A stretch of 58,731 nucleotides of DNA, from positions 1-58,731 of the IMG/VR virus record IMGVR_UViG_3300037408_000723, one strand, 5' to 3'. Under the pieces are notes generated by a model that had not been told where the DNA came from, searched no databases, and worked only from the letters and a program-made list of their open reading frames with translations. This document shows positions 31,985 through 41,012 of the stretch, piece after piece. The translations under genes and the position numbers were made by a program. The DNA is from a virus. Lineage: Duplodnaviria > Caudoviricetes. Numbering within the stretch: the stretch's first letter is position 1; every line of letters begins with the position of its first letter.

Positions 31985-32947
31985 ATGATACTATTAATTT
32001 TTACTATAGTTTTAATATTAATTTTTGAAACTATTAACGGTCTTCATGATTGTGCAAATTCAATAGCTACGTGCGTTTCAACTAAGGCTCTTTCATCAAA
32101 GAAAGCTATTATAATGAGTGCAGTAATGAATCTTTTTGGTGCATTAGTCGTAACCGCAGTAGCAAAAACAGTATGGTCTGGAATTTTAACTAAATGTGAC
32201 TCCCCCATTATTATATTTGTAGCATTACTTTCGGCGATATCCTGGGGTCTTATTACGTGGTATTTTGGTATGCCGAGTAGCTCCTCACATGCACTTATTG
32301 GAGGGCTTGTTGGGGCTGCGATATTTGTGTCTGGGCCGAGCGTTATAAAATGGTCTGGTGTAATGTTTAAAGTAGTAATCCCAGCATTGCTTTCCCCTCT
32401 TATCGGTTTCGTTTCTTCATTTTTTTTCATGGAAATACTGGGAAAGCTAAAAATAAAAGATGAAGTATATGGAAAAATACAAATATTTTCTGCGGCATTT
32501 ATGTCCTTCTCTCACGGAAGCAATGACGCGCAAAAGTCGATGGGCCTCATAACATTAACGCTTGTTTCTGCGGGATTTTATAGTGGAACCTCTATACCAT
32601 TGTGGGTTATTTTGTTGTGCTCTTTTGTAATGGCTGTCGGAACTTCTATAGGTGGTTGGAGGATAATGGAAACAATGGGAGAAAAAATAACTAAACTAAC
32701 CTTCAAACACGGTTTCGCATCAGAAACGAGTTCTGCACTTACAATACAAATAATGACAGCATTTGGTGCTCCAATAAGTACAACACATTGTATTAGTTCC
32801 GCAATAGTTGGGGCGGGGGCGGAGGAATCTATTGGAAATGTAAATTGGAAAACAGTTATGCATATGGTTAATACTTGGATATTAACTGTTCCAGCAACTA
32901 TTTTGTTATCCTTTGTTATTTTTAAAATTATAATATTTTGGGGGTAG
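31985..32947 (+). CDS. pit: PiT-family inorganic phosphate transporter
   Basis: NGLHDCANSIAT, GMPSSSSHALIGG, HGSNDAQKSMG and PISTTH; multiple transmembrane segments. Confidence 0.95.
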   Translation: MILLIFTIVLILIFETINGLHDCANSIATCVSTKALSSKKAIIMSAVMNLFGALVVTAVAKTVWSGILTKCDSPIIIFVALLSAISWGLITWYFGMPSSSSHALIGGLVGAAIFVSGPSVIKWSGVMFKVVIPALLSPLIGFVSSFFFMEILGKLKIKDEVYGKIQIFSAAFMSFSHGSNDAQKSMGLITLTLVSAGFYSGTSIPLWVILLCSFVMAVGTSIGGWRIMETMGEKITKLTFKHGFASETSSALTIQIMTAFGAPISTTHCISSAIVGAGAEESIGNVNWKTVMHMVNTWILTVPATILLSFVIFKIIIFWG

Positions 32948-32950
32948 GAA

Positions 32951-33556
32951 GTGAAAAAAATAATATTAATAACAGGCCCTATGTACTCTGGTAAAACAAC
33001 TATAGCGGATATGTTACATCAGTTTGGTTTTAAAAAATTTTCTTTTGCTAGTAGTTTAAAAGATATAGCAAAAAATACTTATTCTTTAGATGGGAGTTGC
33101 ATAAATAAGGCGTCTAATTATACTATCTATGACAAGAATAGTAACTCTAATATACAAGTATCGGGAAGAAAATTATTACAGGGATTATCAGAGGCGATAA
33201 AGTCTTTTGATTATTCTTTTTTTTACAGAACAGCTTTTACAGATGTTACTAAATCCGGGGAGTCCTTTGTAGTATTTGATGATTGTCGTTTTGAGGAAGA
33301 ATATACATATATATTAGAAAATATTGGTAAGGATTGTATTATGTTATTAAAGGTTTCCGCGCGACAAGAGGATAGGATGAACAGAGCTATGGAACGAGAT
33401 GGCAAAGTACCGACAATAGAAGAGCAGAGCGCACCATCAGAAGTTTTTGATTGGGTATCTAAGTACGAGCATGTTACAATTGAAAATTCTAATACTTTAG
33501 ACAGTCTTAATAGCGTCATTATTTCTAGCCAAGTTTTACGTGATTTTTTAAAGTAG
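32951..33556 (+). CDS. dNMP kinase
   Basis: GPMYSGKTT, SFASSLK, RKLLQ and DDCRFEEE. Confidence 0.8.
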   Translation: MKKIILITGPMYSGKTTIADMLHQFGFKKFSFASSLKDIAKNTYSLDGSCINKASNYTIYDKNSNSNIQVSGRKLLQGLSEAIKSFDYSFFYRTAFTDVTKSGESFVVFDDCRFEEEYTYILENIGKDCIMLLKVSARQEDRMNRAMERDGKVPTIEEQSAPSEVFDWVSKYEHVTIENSNTLDSLNSVIISSQVLRDFLK

Positions 33557-33579
33557 CAAATTCCGAAAATACATATATA
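33546..33579 (+). promoter_or_regulatory. 34-bp conserved element, copy 3
   Basis: Exact copy. It supplies the kinase stop codon (TAG) and ends 3 nt before the primase ATG. Confidence 0.85.
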
Positions 33580-33582
33580 AGT

Positions 33583-34659
33583 ATGAGTGATGGAATATAT
33601 TCTTTTCTTATAAATAGCTGCGACGCTATTGAAGCAAGCTCCCCAGATGGCAATGAGTTAAGACTTAATTGTATATACTGTAGAGGACATAATAAAATTT
33701 CAGATGATCAACGTAAATTATATATAAATACAACCATAGGGAGGTTTCACTGTTTTCGTTGTAAAGAGAGCGGTACTATTAAAAGACTTCTAGTGGATAT
33801 TACTGGAAACTCTGTAGATAGTGTTGATAAGATGTTATTGGATTATCAATATAAAGAATTGATTAAAGGTCCTTCTTTAAGAGACAGTATGCTAAAACGT
33901 TTCTATGGAAAAGTAACAGAACCAGAGGAGAATATAGTATCACTACCAAAAGAGTTTATACCAATAACAGAAGATCAACAGTCTATGGAAGCACAATTAG
34001 CTATTAGATACCTATTAAATAGGGGATTAACCGCGGAAGTTATAGTGGATTATAATATAGGATTTTGCGCAGAAGGGAGGTATAAAAATAGAATTATAAT
34101 ACCCTGTACAGAAAATAATGAAATCATATATTTTATTAATAGATTGTATATGTATGATGGGAAGCTACTAGATAGCAGTTTAGAAGAAAAAGCTAAAAAT
34201 GATGGGATAGAAAAGGCATTAAACACTACTAGATGGGTACGTGATAAAAAGTTTATAGGTAAGTCGCAGGTGTTGTTTAATATAGACAAGGCTTCAAATT
34301 ATGATAGTGTCGTAGTTGTAGAGGGTCCTTTTGACGTATTCGGTGTAGGAGAGCAAGCTGTAGCGATACTAGGATCGTCTATATCAAACGCACAAATAAA
34401 AAAATTGTTATATTATAAGTTTAAAAATATATTTATAATGCTAGATGAGGACGCATATCTACAATCTATAAAGGAGGCTAATAAGTTTAGGGGTTTAGCA
34501 AATATTTATGTGGCGCGTATACCATGGCCAAACAAGGATCCAGGAAATATGACATTTAACGAGTTTGAATATGTGCTACTTAATGCAAAGCCTTTGGAAT
34601 ATTTAAAGAAAAAAACTTTTAAAAATGTTTTGCAAAGATATAAAAAAGAGTATGAGTAA
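33583..34659 (+). CDS. dnaG: DNA primase (zinc finger plus TOPRIM)
   Basis: CIYC..CFRC, YLLNRG, RIIIP, VVEGPFD, MLDED and KDPG. Confidence 0.9.
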   Translation: MSDGIYSFLINSCDAIEASSPDGNELRLNCIYCRGHNKISDDQRKLYINTTIGRFHCFRCKESGTIKRLLVDITGNSVDSVDKMLLDYQYKELIKGPSLRDSMLKRFYGKVTEPEENIVSLPKEFIPITEDQQSMEAQLAIRYLLNRGLTAEVIVDYNIGFCAEGRYKNRIIIPCTENNEIIYFINRLYMYDGKLLDSSLEEKAKNDGIEKALNTTRWVRDKKFIGKSQVLFNIDKASNYDSVVVVEGPFDVFGVGEQAVAILGSSISNAQIKKLLYYKFKNIFIMLDEDAYLQSIKEANKFRGLANIYVARIPWPNKDPGNMTFNEFEYVLLNAKPLEYLKKKTFKNVLQRYKKEYE

Positions 34660-34674
34660 TATGGGGGTAGATTA

Positions 34675-35355
34675 ATGGATTGTAAAGATTATGAGCTTGT
34701 GGTAGATGAAGAGGATTGTAAGGGTTTATTTTATGACTCAGATGCTCCGGAGTGTTTATGCTGTTTGGAAAGGCGATCATGCAGGGAATTAATGTACTCT
34801 AGGGATAATACGACGGTAGAAAAGTTAAATGAACCAAAAGAGGACATCGTCTCTCCTGAAGAGCGCCTAGATTATCAAAAAGTAGTATTAAAGGCTGCGG
34901 AAGATAATATAAGTTTAGGGGAGATAGTTGGGGTTATTAAAAATATAGAGGATCAGCTCTCCTGGTTGAAATCAGCCTTGTTAGGAAAGGCCCCTGTATT
35001 AACACCCGAGCCTTTTGAGGTTCCTCAAAAGCTTATAGTAACGGGTTTTGGAGAGATAAATTCAAGAACACACGCGTTATTGGTTTATTTAAAGGACACA
35101 TACGCGGATCTAACGTTTCAACAATTAAATGCTTATTATTCTGTTAAGTTAGGTAAAAAATCTTTTTTACAGATCAAATATTACAATAATGTTAACTCAA
35201 AAAAATATTGCATAGTTTTTAGCACTAGAAATTTTGATATACCATATCTTCATAGATACGCCAACTCTTTTGCATACACAGATGATAATTTATCTGAACT
35301 TTTAGTTGCAATTGAGGCGTGGTATAATCTTTTAAAAGGAGAAAATAATGGGTAA
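34675..35355 (+). CDS. Hypothetical protein with N-terminal Cys cluster
   Basis: CKGLFYD..ECLCC....C. Confidence 0.55.
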   Translation: MDCKDYELVVDEEDCKGLFYDSDAPECLCCLERRSCRELMYSRDNTTVEKLNEPKEDIVSPEERLDYQKVVLKAAEDNISLGEIVGVIKNIEDQLSWLKSALLGKAPVLTPEPFEVPQKLIVTGFGEINSRTHALLVYLKDTYADLTFQQLNAYYSVKLGKKSFLQIKYYNNVNSKKYCIVFSTRNFDIPYLHRYANSFAYTDDNLSELLVAIEAWYNLLKGENNG

Positions 35356-35833
35356 AGTAAAGGCATCTAAAAAATCAAATAAAGATAAAAATATTAATAG
35401 TGTCGTAGAAGAAAACCTTGAAGGTACAAGGCTTAGTAGAATTGAAGATACTATATCATGTATAGAGGAGGCATATTCTTCTTCAAACATTACTCTAACT
35501 GGTACGAGCGCATTTACTTTGAATCCTAACGTATATTTGGATAAGGTTTTTGAAATAAAGGGTATATCAAGAATATCAACTTCAAACCCCAAAATATTCT
35601 TTACAAAGGAGAAAAATCCTGCGTCTTGTATTTATAGTCTATTGCCTAATACTTCTTATATTTTTAAATGTATATCCAGTTTCTATGGAGATATAGTATA
35701 TATTTCAAAGGATTTAGCCTTGTGTGGTATTATGTTTAATAATGTAATGAGTGATAATAGTATGTTAATTACTGTAGGGAGTAATCAAGTAGACATAGAA
35801 CAAGGTACTATAATAGGAAGTAAAATAGGGTAG
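35348..35833 (+). CDS. Hypothetical protein, possibly a degenerate dUTPase/dCTP deaminase fold
   Basis: YSLLPNTSY, SKDLALCG and VDIEQGTII weakly resemble the family; catalytic motifs are not evident. Confidence 0.35.
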   Translation: MGKVKASKKSNKDKNINSVVEENLEGTRLSRIEDTISCIEEAYSSSNITLTGTSAFTLNPNVYLDKVFEIKGISRISTSNPKIFFTKEKNPASCIYSLLPNTSYIFKCISSFYGDIVYISKDLALCGIMFNNVMSDNSMLITVGSNQVDIEQGTIIGSKIG

Positions 35834-35837
35834 TATT

Positions 35838-38639
35838 ATGGGAAAAGGTATCAAAAAAGATACTCCTCCGTGTTTTAAGTGTCCTTATATATCCTCATGT
35901 AATGAGGAGTCAGTTTTAATCCCTAATATTATATCAGAAGATCCATCTAAAGCGAGAGTTTTGTTTATAGATTATGTAGAATCAGAATCTATAGGGGTTA
36001 CAGATGCCTATACTTTTTTGGAGCATCATTTAGACAAACTTGGTTTCGATAAAGATTCTTGGGCATATACGACATCTTTAAGAACAAAGGTTCCTAAAGG
36101 TGAAGATGAGGACAGCATTTTAAAGGCCACAAAGAGGTGTGCCAAGTATTATATTAATAGGATGGTAGAGTATACAGGAATACACCTAGTAGTATTTTTA
36201 GGTGATAAGGGTTCTTATGGGTACACTGTTTCTCTATTAAAAGAGTGTATGTCAAATAAAGTAGATCACTCTTATAGGGATATACTTACAGATACTATAT
36301 ACTTTTATTTAGATAATACTTATGATATAATAAGTTTTCTAAACAAAGGAGACCCCGGACCGTATAATCAGTATATAGAAACTCTTAATAAAATAAAAGC
36401 TTATATATTTCTAGGAGTAGAACGAAGAAAACTAAAGTATAAGTATATCGATGATCTGGAGAAGTTTGCTGATTTTTATGAAGAGATACAAACAAAAGAC
36501 TTGGTGGCGGTAGATATAGAAACAGCGTCATTATCTCCTTGGGCGAAACACGCAAGGGTTATTACCATAGCTTTTTCATGGGAAGAATGCCAGGGTGCGT
36601 GCGTACCACTCTATCATCCTGAAACACCCTTCGATTGTGAAGAGATAAGAATAGTAGAGGATGGCATTAAGGATATTTTAACAAATAATTCCAGTAAAAT
36701 ATTTCATAATGGTAAATTCGATTGTAATTATATAGCTATTACTATGGGTATTGAAGTCGTTAATTTCGATGTTGATACAATGCTTGTGCACTATATTTTA
36801 GACTCTACACGTGGAACACATTCCTTGAAAAAACTGGCGTTACAGTACACAGATCTTGGGGATTATGATCATGGTCTTGATAAGTATGTCACAGATAAAA
36901 AAGTAGATAAGTCAACCGGGTACGCGGGAGTTCCGATAGAGGTATTGTGGCCTTATAATTGTTGCGATACAGATGCAACACTGCGTATTTATAATTTATT
37001 TTATCCACAAATTATTATAGAAGATAAGCAGGGATTGCTTAAGTATCTAATGCGTATAACCCGTACTCTTATAAATGTGGAACGTAACGGCTTTAAATTG
37101 GATCAGGAGGTTCTAACTCAACTAGAAGAAAGCTATCCACTAAAAATGATTAATCTTGAGTCAGAGTTTAAATCATTTCCTTTAGTAGAAAAGGTTCGCT
37201 CGTATTATCAAGATGTAGAAAATTTTAAGAAGGGTAAAACGGCTAAAGTTATAGAGTTTAATATGGCATCATCAGCTCATGTTGGCAGGTTATTTATTAA
37301 AGAATTGTCTATGTGGAGATACCTTAATAAACATGATATTATGCAATATCTTACAGAAAAAGGGGAGGAAGAGTATTTAAAGGAGGACAATAATTGGGAT
37401 ACCTTAGAGGATATACCATATCAGTATTATTCAATGAGCAGTACGACTTTTAAAGCTTTATTGGACATACCAGAAGGGGATTATCCCATACATATAAGAA
37501 AAATGTTGGAGATTATGATAGAGTATAATCATTTTGGTAAACTGTATAGTGGTTATGTTAAGCGTACAAGAAAAGAATGGATAATGAGTGACGGGTTAGT
37601 ACATTCTTCTAATCTAGTTCATGGAACATTATCAGGACGTCTGGCGTCAGCAGCTCCGAATACCCAAAATATACCAAGGGGTTCAGAAATAAAAAAGATG
37701 TTTATATCTAGATTTAAAGGTGGTTATTATTTACAACTAGATTATTCTCAGGCTGAATTTCGTGTAGCTACAATGCTATCCGGAGATCGTTTCCTTATAG
37801 ATGCCTACAGAAAGGGTATTGATATCCACATGTATACCGCTTCTATGATGTATGGTGTACCATATGAGGAGGTTACAAAGTCTATGAGGCAAGAAGCGAA
37901 GGCAATTAACTTCGGTTTGATATACGGAAAAGGGGCCCCGTCTTTGGCATATGAGCTTGGCTTGTCTGTGGAAGGTGCCACAGATCTTATTGAAAATAAA
38001 TATTTTGGTAAATTTACCGCACTTAAAGATTGGTTAGAAAATTGTAAGATCTCTATATGGCAAGAGGAAAAAGCTGTATCTATGTTTGGGAGGGTACGTA
38101 AATTCCCCGGTATACATGCCTTAGGATTTATTAATAGGGGCAGGTTAGTGGCAAGAGAAAATCTCCCAAAGCATCTCAGAAAGCGTTTTTATAAAGCTTT
38201 AAGGGAAGGCGTTAATCATATTGTACAATCTTCTGCGGCGGATTTTATGCTTAAGTCTTTAATATATACTCAAACGTATTTAGAAGATTCGAATATGAAG
38301 AGTTTAATATTGGGTACAGTATATGATTCTATTATGATAGACGTTCACCCAGAGGAATTATGCACAATTGTAAAAATTACAAAATCTATATTAGAGAATA
38401 TAGATAAACTGGAAAAGCTGGATTGGGTTACAGTACCTATGGTGGCTGATTGTGAGGTTGGAAATAACTGGGGATCGTTATCTCCAATAATTTTTACTGA
38501 AGAGGATATACCGGATCCTGTTTTAGGAAATAGAATATTTTATTTACCAGAACAACTTTATCTAGAAGGTGTCGGTACGGAGGAGTCCGTGGAATGGGGT
38601 ATTTATGTTGATGCAACCGGAGTATCCATGGAGAAGTAA
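35838..38639 (+). CDS. polA: Family A DNA polymerase with 3'-5' exonuclease and degenerate N-terminal UDG-like domain
   Basis: DIET, HNGKFD, YNCCD; SGRLAS..PNTQNIP, DYSQAEFR, RQEAKAINFGLIYG and VYDSI. Confidence 0.95.
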   Translation: MGKGIKKDTPPCFKCPYISSCNEESVLIPNIISEDPSKARVLFIDYVESESIGVTDAYTFLEHHLDKLGFDKDSWAYTTSLRTKVPKGEDEDSILKATKRCAKYYINRMVEYTGIHLVVFLGDKGSYGYTVSLLKECMSNKVDHSYRDILTDTIYFYLDNTYDIISFLNKGDPGPYNQYIETLNKIKAYIFLGVERRKLKYKYIDDLEKFADFYEEIQTKDLVAVDIETASLSPWAKHARVITIAFSWEECQGACVPLYHPETPFDCEEIRIVEDGIKDILTNNSSKIFHNGKFDCNYIAITMGIEVVNFDVDTMLVHYILDSTRGTHSLKKLALQYTDLGDYDHGLDKYVTDKKVDKSTGYAGVPIEVLWPYNCCDTDATLRIYNLFYPQIIIEDKQGLLKYLMRITRTLINVERNGFKLDQEVLTQLEESYPLKMINLESEFKSFPLVEKVRSYYQDVENFKKGKTAKVIEFNMASSAHVGRLFIKELSMWRYLNKHDIMQYLTEKGEEEYLKEDNNWDTLEDIPYQYYSMSSTTFKALLDIPEGDYPIHIRKMLEIMIEYNHFGKLYSGYVKRTRKEWIMSDGLVHSSNLVHGTLSGRLASAAPNTQNIPRGSEIKKMFISRFKGGYYLQLDYSQAEFRVATMLSGDRFLIDAYRKGIDIHMYTASMMYGVPYEEVTKSMRQEAKAINFGLIYGKGAPSLAYELGLSVEGATDLIENKYFGKFTALKDWLENCKISIWQEEKAVSMFGRVRKFPGIHALGFINRGRLVARENLPKHLRKRFYKALREGVNHIVQSSAADFMLKSLIYTQTYLEDSNMKSLILGTVYDSIMIDVHPEELCTIVKITKSILENIDKLEKLDWVTVPMVADCEVGNNWGSLSPIIFTEEDIPDPVLGNRIFYLPEQLYLEGVGTEESVEWGIYVDATGVSMEK

Positions 38640-38817
38640 GTCTATAGTAGTTGCGGAATGTGACAGCAAGGCATCGCCGTATTGTAAAGGGTTTTATAGG
38701 ACAAGATTAGATAGGTATAAGGCCAATTTAGAAAAGCATAATGGTGTGTATTTTTGTCGTTTTTGTTCATTATTAAAAAATAAAGGTGTAGTTAATTGGA
38801 GAAACGTTGGTATGTAA
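38605..38817 (+). CDS. Small zinc-finger protein
   Basis: ECD..YC..FCRFC. In-frame ATG 38605 after GGGGT is preferred to GTG 38569. Confidence 0.5.
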   Translation: MLMQPEYPWRSKSIVVAECDSKASPYCKGFYRTRLDRYKANLEKHNGVYFCRFCSLLKNKGVVNWRNVGM

Positions 38818-38825
38818 GTTATTAT

Positions 38826-38859
38826 TTTTAAAGTAGCAAATTCCGAAAGTACATATATA
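38826..38859 (+). promoter_or_regulatory. 34-bp conserved element, copy 4
   Basis: One A>G change (CCGAAAGTAC); followed by RBS GGAGGT; heads the recombination operon. Confidence 0.85.
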
Positions 38860-38875
38860 AGCGTGGAGGTATATA

Positions 38876-39376
38876 ATGAGTTTGATGGAGAAGTTTTTAA
38901 ATAAAGTGTACAAGGATATTGAAAAGGGCTTAGGAGATATAAATTCCGATACTGATCTAGAGAGTCTGGTAGGTATTCAACCGGAGGATTTGGCTGGCGA
39001 GATCATAAAGAATCCTGGAAGATTCGCGTGGATAGCGGCTATGGCGGCACAAGCTGAGTATGAAGAGTCCCTTGTAAAAGCACAGCTGGAGCGTATTAAA
39101 AGTGAGAAATCTTTAGAGATTCGACAAAATGCTATTAATAAATTAACAGAAGATGCTATAAAGGCCAAGGTATCATCTGATGAAGATGTGATTGATGTGC
39201 AATCCCTATATTATGAAAAACAGAGGGATACTGCGGTATTACAAAAGCTTACACAAGCTATGGCACAAAAAAGTGACTTGTTACGAACATTGGCGTCTAA
39301 TTCTAGGCAAGAAATAGCTTCTGAAATCACAGTAATGAAGTCTAATCTTAATAAAATATTAGGGGATAAAGAATGA
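38876..39376 (+). CDS. UvsY-like recombination mediator
   Basis: Helical; KLTEDAIKAKV..D, AMAQKSDLLRTL; located near ssb and recA. Confidence 0.65.
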   Translation: MSLMEKFLNKVYKDIEKGLGDINSDTDLESLVGIQPEDLAGEIIKNPGRFAWIAAMAAQAEYEESLVKAQLERIKSEKSLEIRQNAINKLTEDAIKAKVSSDEDVIDVQSLYYEKQRDTAVLQKLTQAMAQKSDLLRTLASNSRQEIASEITVMKSNLNKILGDKE

Positions 39377-39795
39377 AAGTATCAAACAATTTTAAACTTG
39401 AAGAATTTGTTTCTAAGGAGGTGTATGATCAATTTAAAGATAATTCTTTGTGGTTTGTAAACCCGCTGTTAATAAAAACTGTGCAGGATATTAGGGACAA
39501 TATCGGAAAGGGGATTTTTATTAATAATTGGAATACAGGTGGTTCTTTTCATAATTGTGGGTATAGGGCACCAAATTCTATAGTAGGGGCAAAATTTTCT
39601 CAACACAAGCTTGGAAATGCCGCTGATCTACATGTTGTAGGTATGGATAATGCAGAGTTTTGGAAATATATAAAAGATAACAGAAATAAATTATTTTCTT
39701 GTATCACCGCCATGGAAGATATAAAGTGTACAGCCGGTTGGGTACACATAGATTTAAGAAATACTGGTGGAAAATTTATAATTGTGCAGGGATGA
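39373..39795 (+). CDS. Peptidase M15 (candidate endolysin)
   Basis: NFKLEEF, GYR, SQHKLGNAAD and WVHID. Confidence 0.85.
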   Translation: MKVSNNFKLEEFVSKEVYDQFKDNSLWFVNPLLIKTVQDIRDNIGKGIFINNWNTGGSFHNCGYRAPNSIVGAKFSQHKLGNAADLHVVGMDNAEFWKYIKDNRNKLFSCITAMEDIKCTAGWVHIDLRNTGGKFIIVQG

Positions 39796-39798
39796 TAG

Positions 39799-39945
39799 AT
39801 GTTATTTAATACAATAGAAGAAAAGAAATGTTATTTAAGGGGCCTTATTGAATCCATAACTATTTTAATTGATAGTAATGATGTAGAAAAGTCTATAGAT
39901 AGTATTAATAAAAAGATTTATATGATTAAAAATCAAGGAGAATGA
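39799..39945 (+). CDS. 48-aa hypothetical protein (below the ORF-track cutoff)
   Basis: MLFNTIEEKKCYLRGLIESI...QGE fills the gap between M15 and ssb. Confidence 0.5.
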   Translation: MLFNTIEEKKCYLRGLIESITILIDSNDVEKSIDSINKKIYMIKNQGE

Positions 39946-39950
39946 ATATA

Positions 39951-41012
39951 ATGGGATTTAATTTAGATAATATTTTAAAAAGAGCACAAGAACTTAATTC
40001 TGAAAATGATAAGAAGAAATCAGCGGATACATCTTTAGTAGTAGATGGTATAACTTATTGGAAGCCACAGAATGGTAAAAATACTATACGCATATTACCT
40101 TCAATAGAAGATGGCAAGCCGTTTTACCAAGAATTTTATATGCATTATAGCATTAACGAAAGTAAAGATCGTGTTATCTGTATTTACAGAACATTTGGGC
40201 ACAAGTGTCCTATTTGTGAAAAGTGTCATATTATGTGGAAATCGGAGGATACCTTAGAAAAAAGTGATGCAAAGGCAATGTTCCCTCGGCATAGAATACG
40301 GGTAAACATTCTAGACACATCTTCTGAAGAGGCTATTAATAAAGGACCACAGATATACGAGTTTGGAGAAACGATATTTAAAGATATTATGAACCACGTT
40401 TTAGACGTTCAAGAGGACATTTCAGATTTGGATAATGGTAAAGAAATTGTATTAACAAAAACAGTGCCTCCTGGTAGACCAGAATCAGAATGTAAATATT
40501 CTATGAGTGTTCGACCAAGGGCATATCCTGTTGATGCTAGTGTTTTAGAGTCAGCGCATGGGTTGGAAGAGTCATTAGATAATATACTAAAAACACCAGA
40601 GGAAATGAGAGATATTCTTTCTGGAAAAGCAACGACAGTTACAAGAAGTACAAAAGCTCTTATGGCTACACCAGAAAAGCTAAAGAAAGCTATTGAAGAA
40701 TCTGAAGAACTTACAGAAGCCGTAGATACCAGCCTAAACCCTTGTTCAGAGGACACTACCGAGGAAGTATTAGACACTCGTTCAACAAGGACGAGTAAGA
40801 CTTCTAATAAGAGCGTAGTTAAACAAAGTAATAACACTGATGAAGATAATGAAGATGATGAAGATGATGAAGATGATGAAGATGTTAAAAGGCCGTCTGC
40901 AGTAGATGTCGGATCCCGTATCGCTGAAAGTAATTCTTCTAGCAGCAGCGGTGTAAAATCTGATGTATTGGCCAGAATTAATGCGTTGAAAGGCAAGCGT
41001 AATAATGGCTAA
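39951..41012 (+). CDS. ssb: gp32-like single-stranded DNA-binding protein
   Basis: WKPQNGKNTIRILP, HY..C..CPIC and GPQIYEFG. ATG 39951 fits the AAGGAG spacing better than 39942. Confidence 0.85.
   Translation: MGFNLDNILKRAQELNSENDKKKSADTSLVVDGITYWKPQNGKNTIRILPSIEDGKPFYQEFYMHYSINESKDRVICIYRTFGHKCPICEKCHIMWKSEDTLEKSDAKAMFPRHRIRVNILDTSSEEAINKGPQIYEFGETIFKDIMNHVLDVQEDISDLDNGKEIVLTKTVPPGRPESECKYSMSVRPRAYPVDASVLESAHGLEESLDNILKTPEEMRDILSGKATTVTRSTKALMATPEKLKKAIEESEELTEAVDTSLNPCSEDTTEEVLDTRSTRTSKTSNKSVVKQSNNTDEDNEDDEDDEDDEDVKRPSAVDVGSRIAESNSSSSSGVKSDVLARINALKGKRNNG
40839..40883 (+). repeat. Five-copy 9-bp tandem repeat (GATGAAGAT) encoding an acidic tract
   Basis: DEDNEDDEDDEDDED; one copy has a G>A change. 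Confidence 0.9.
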
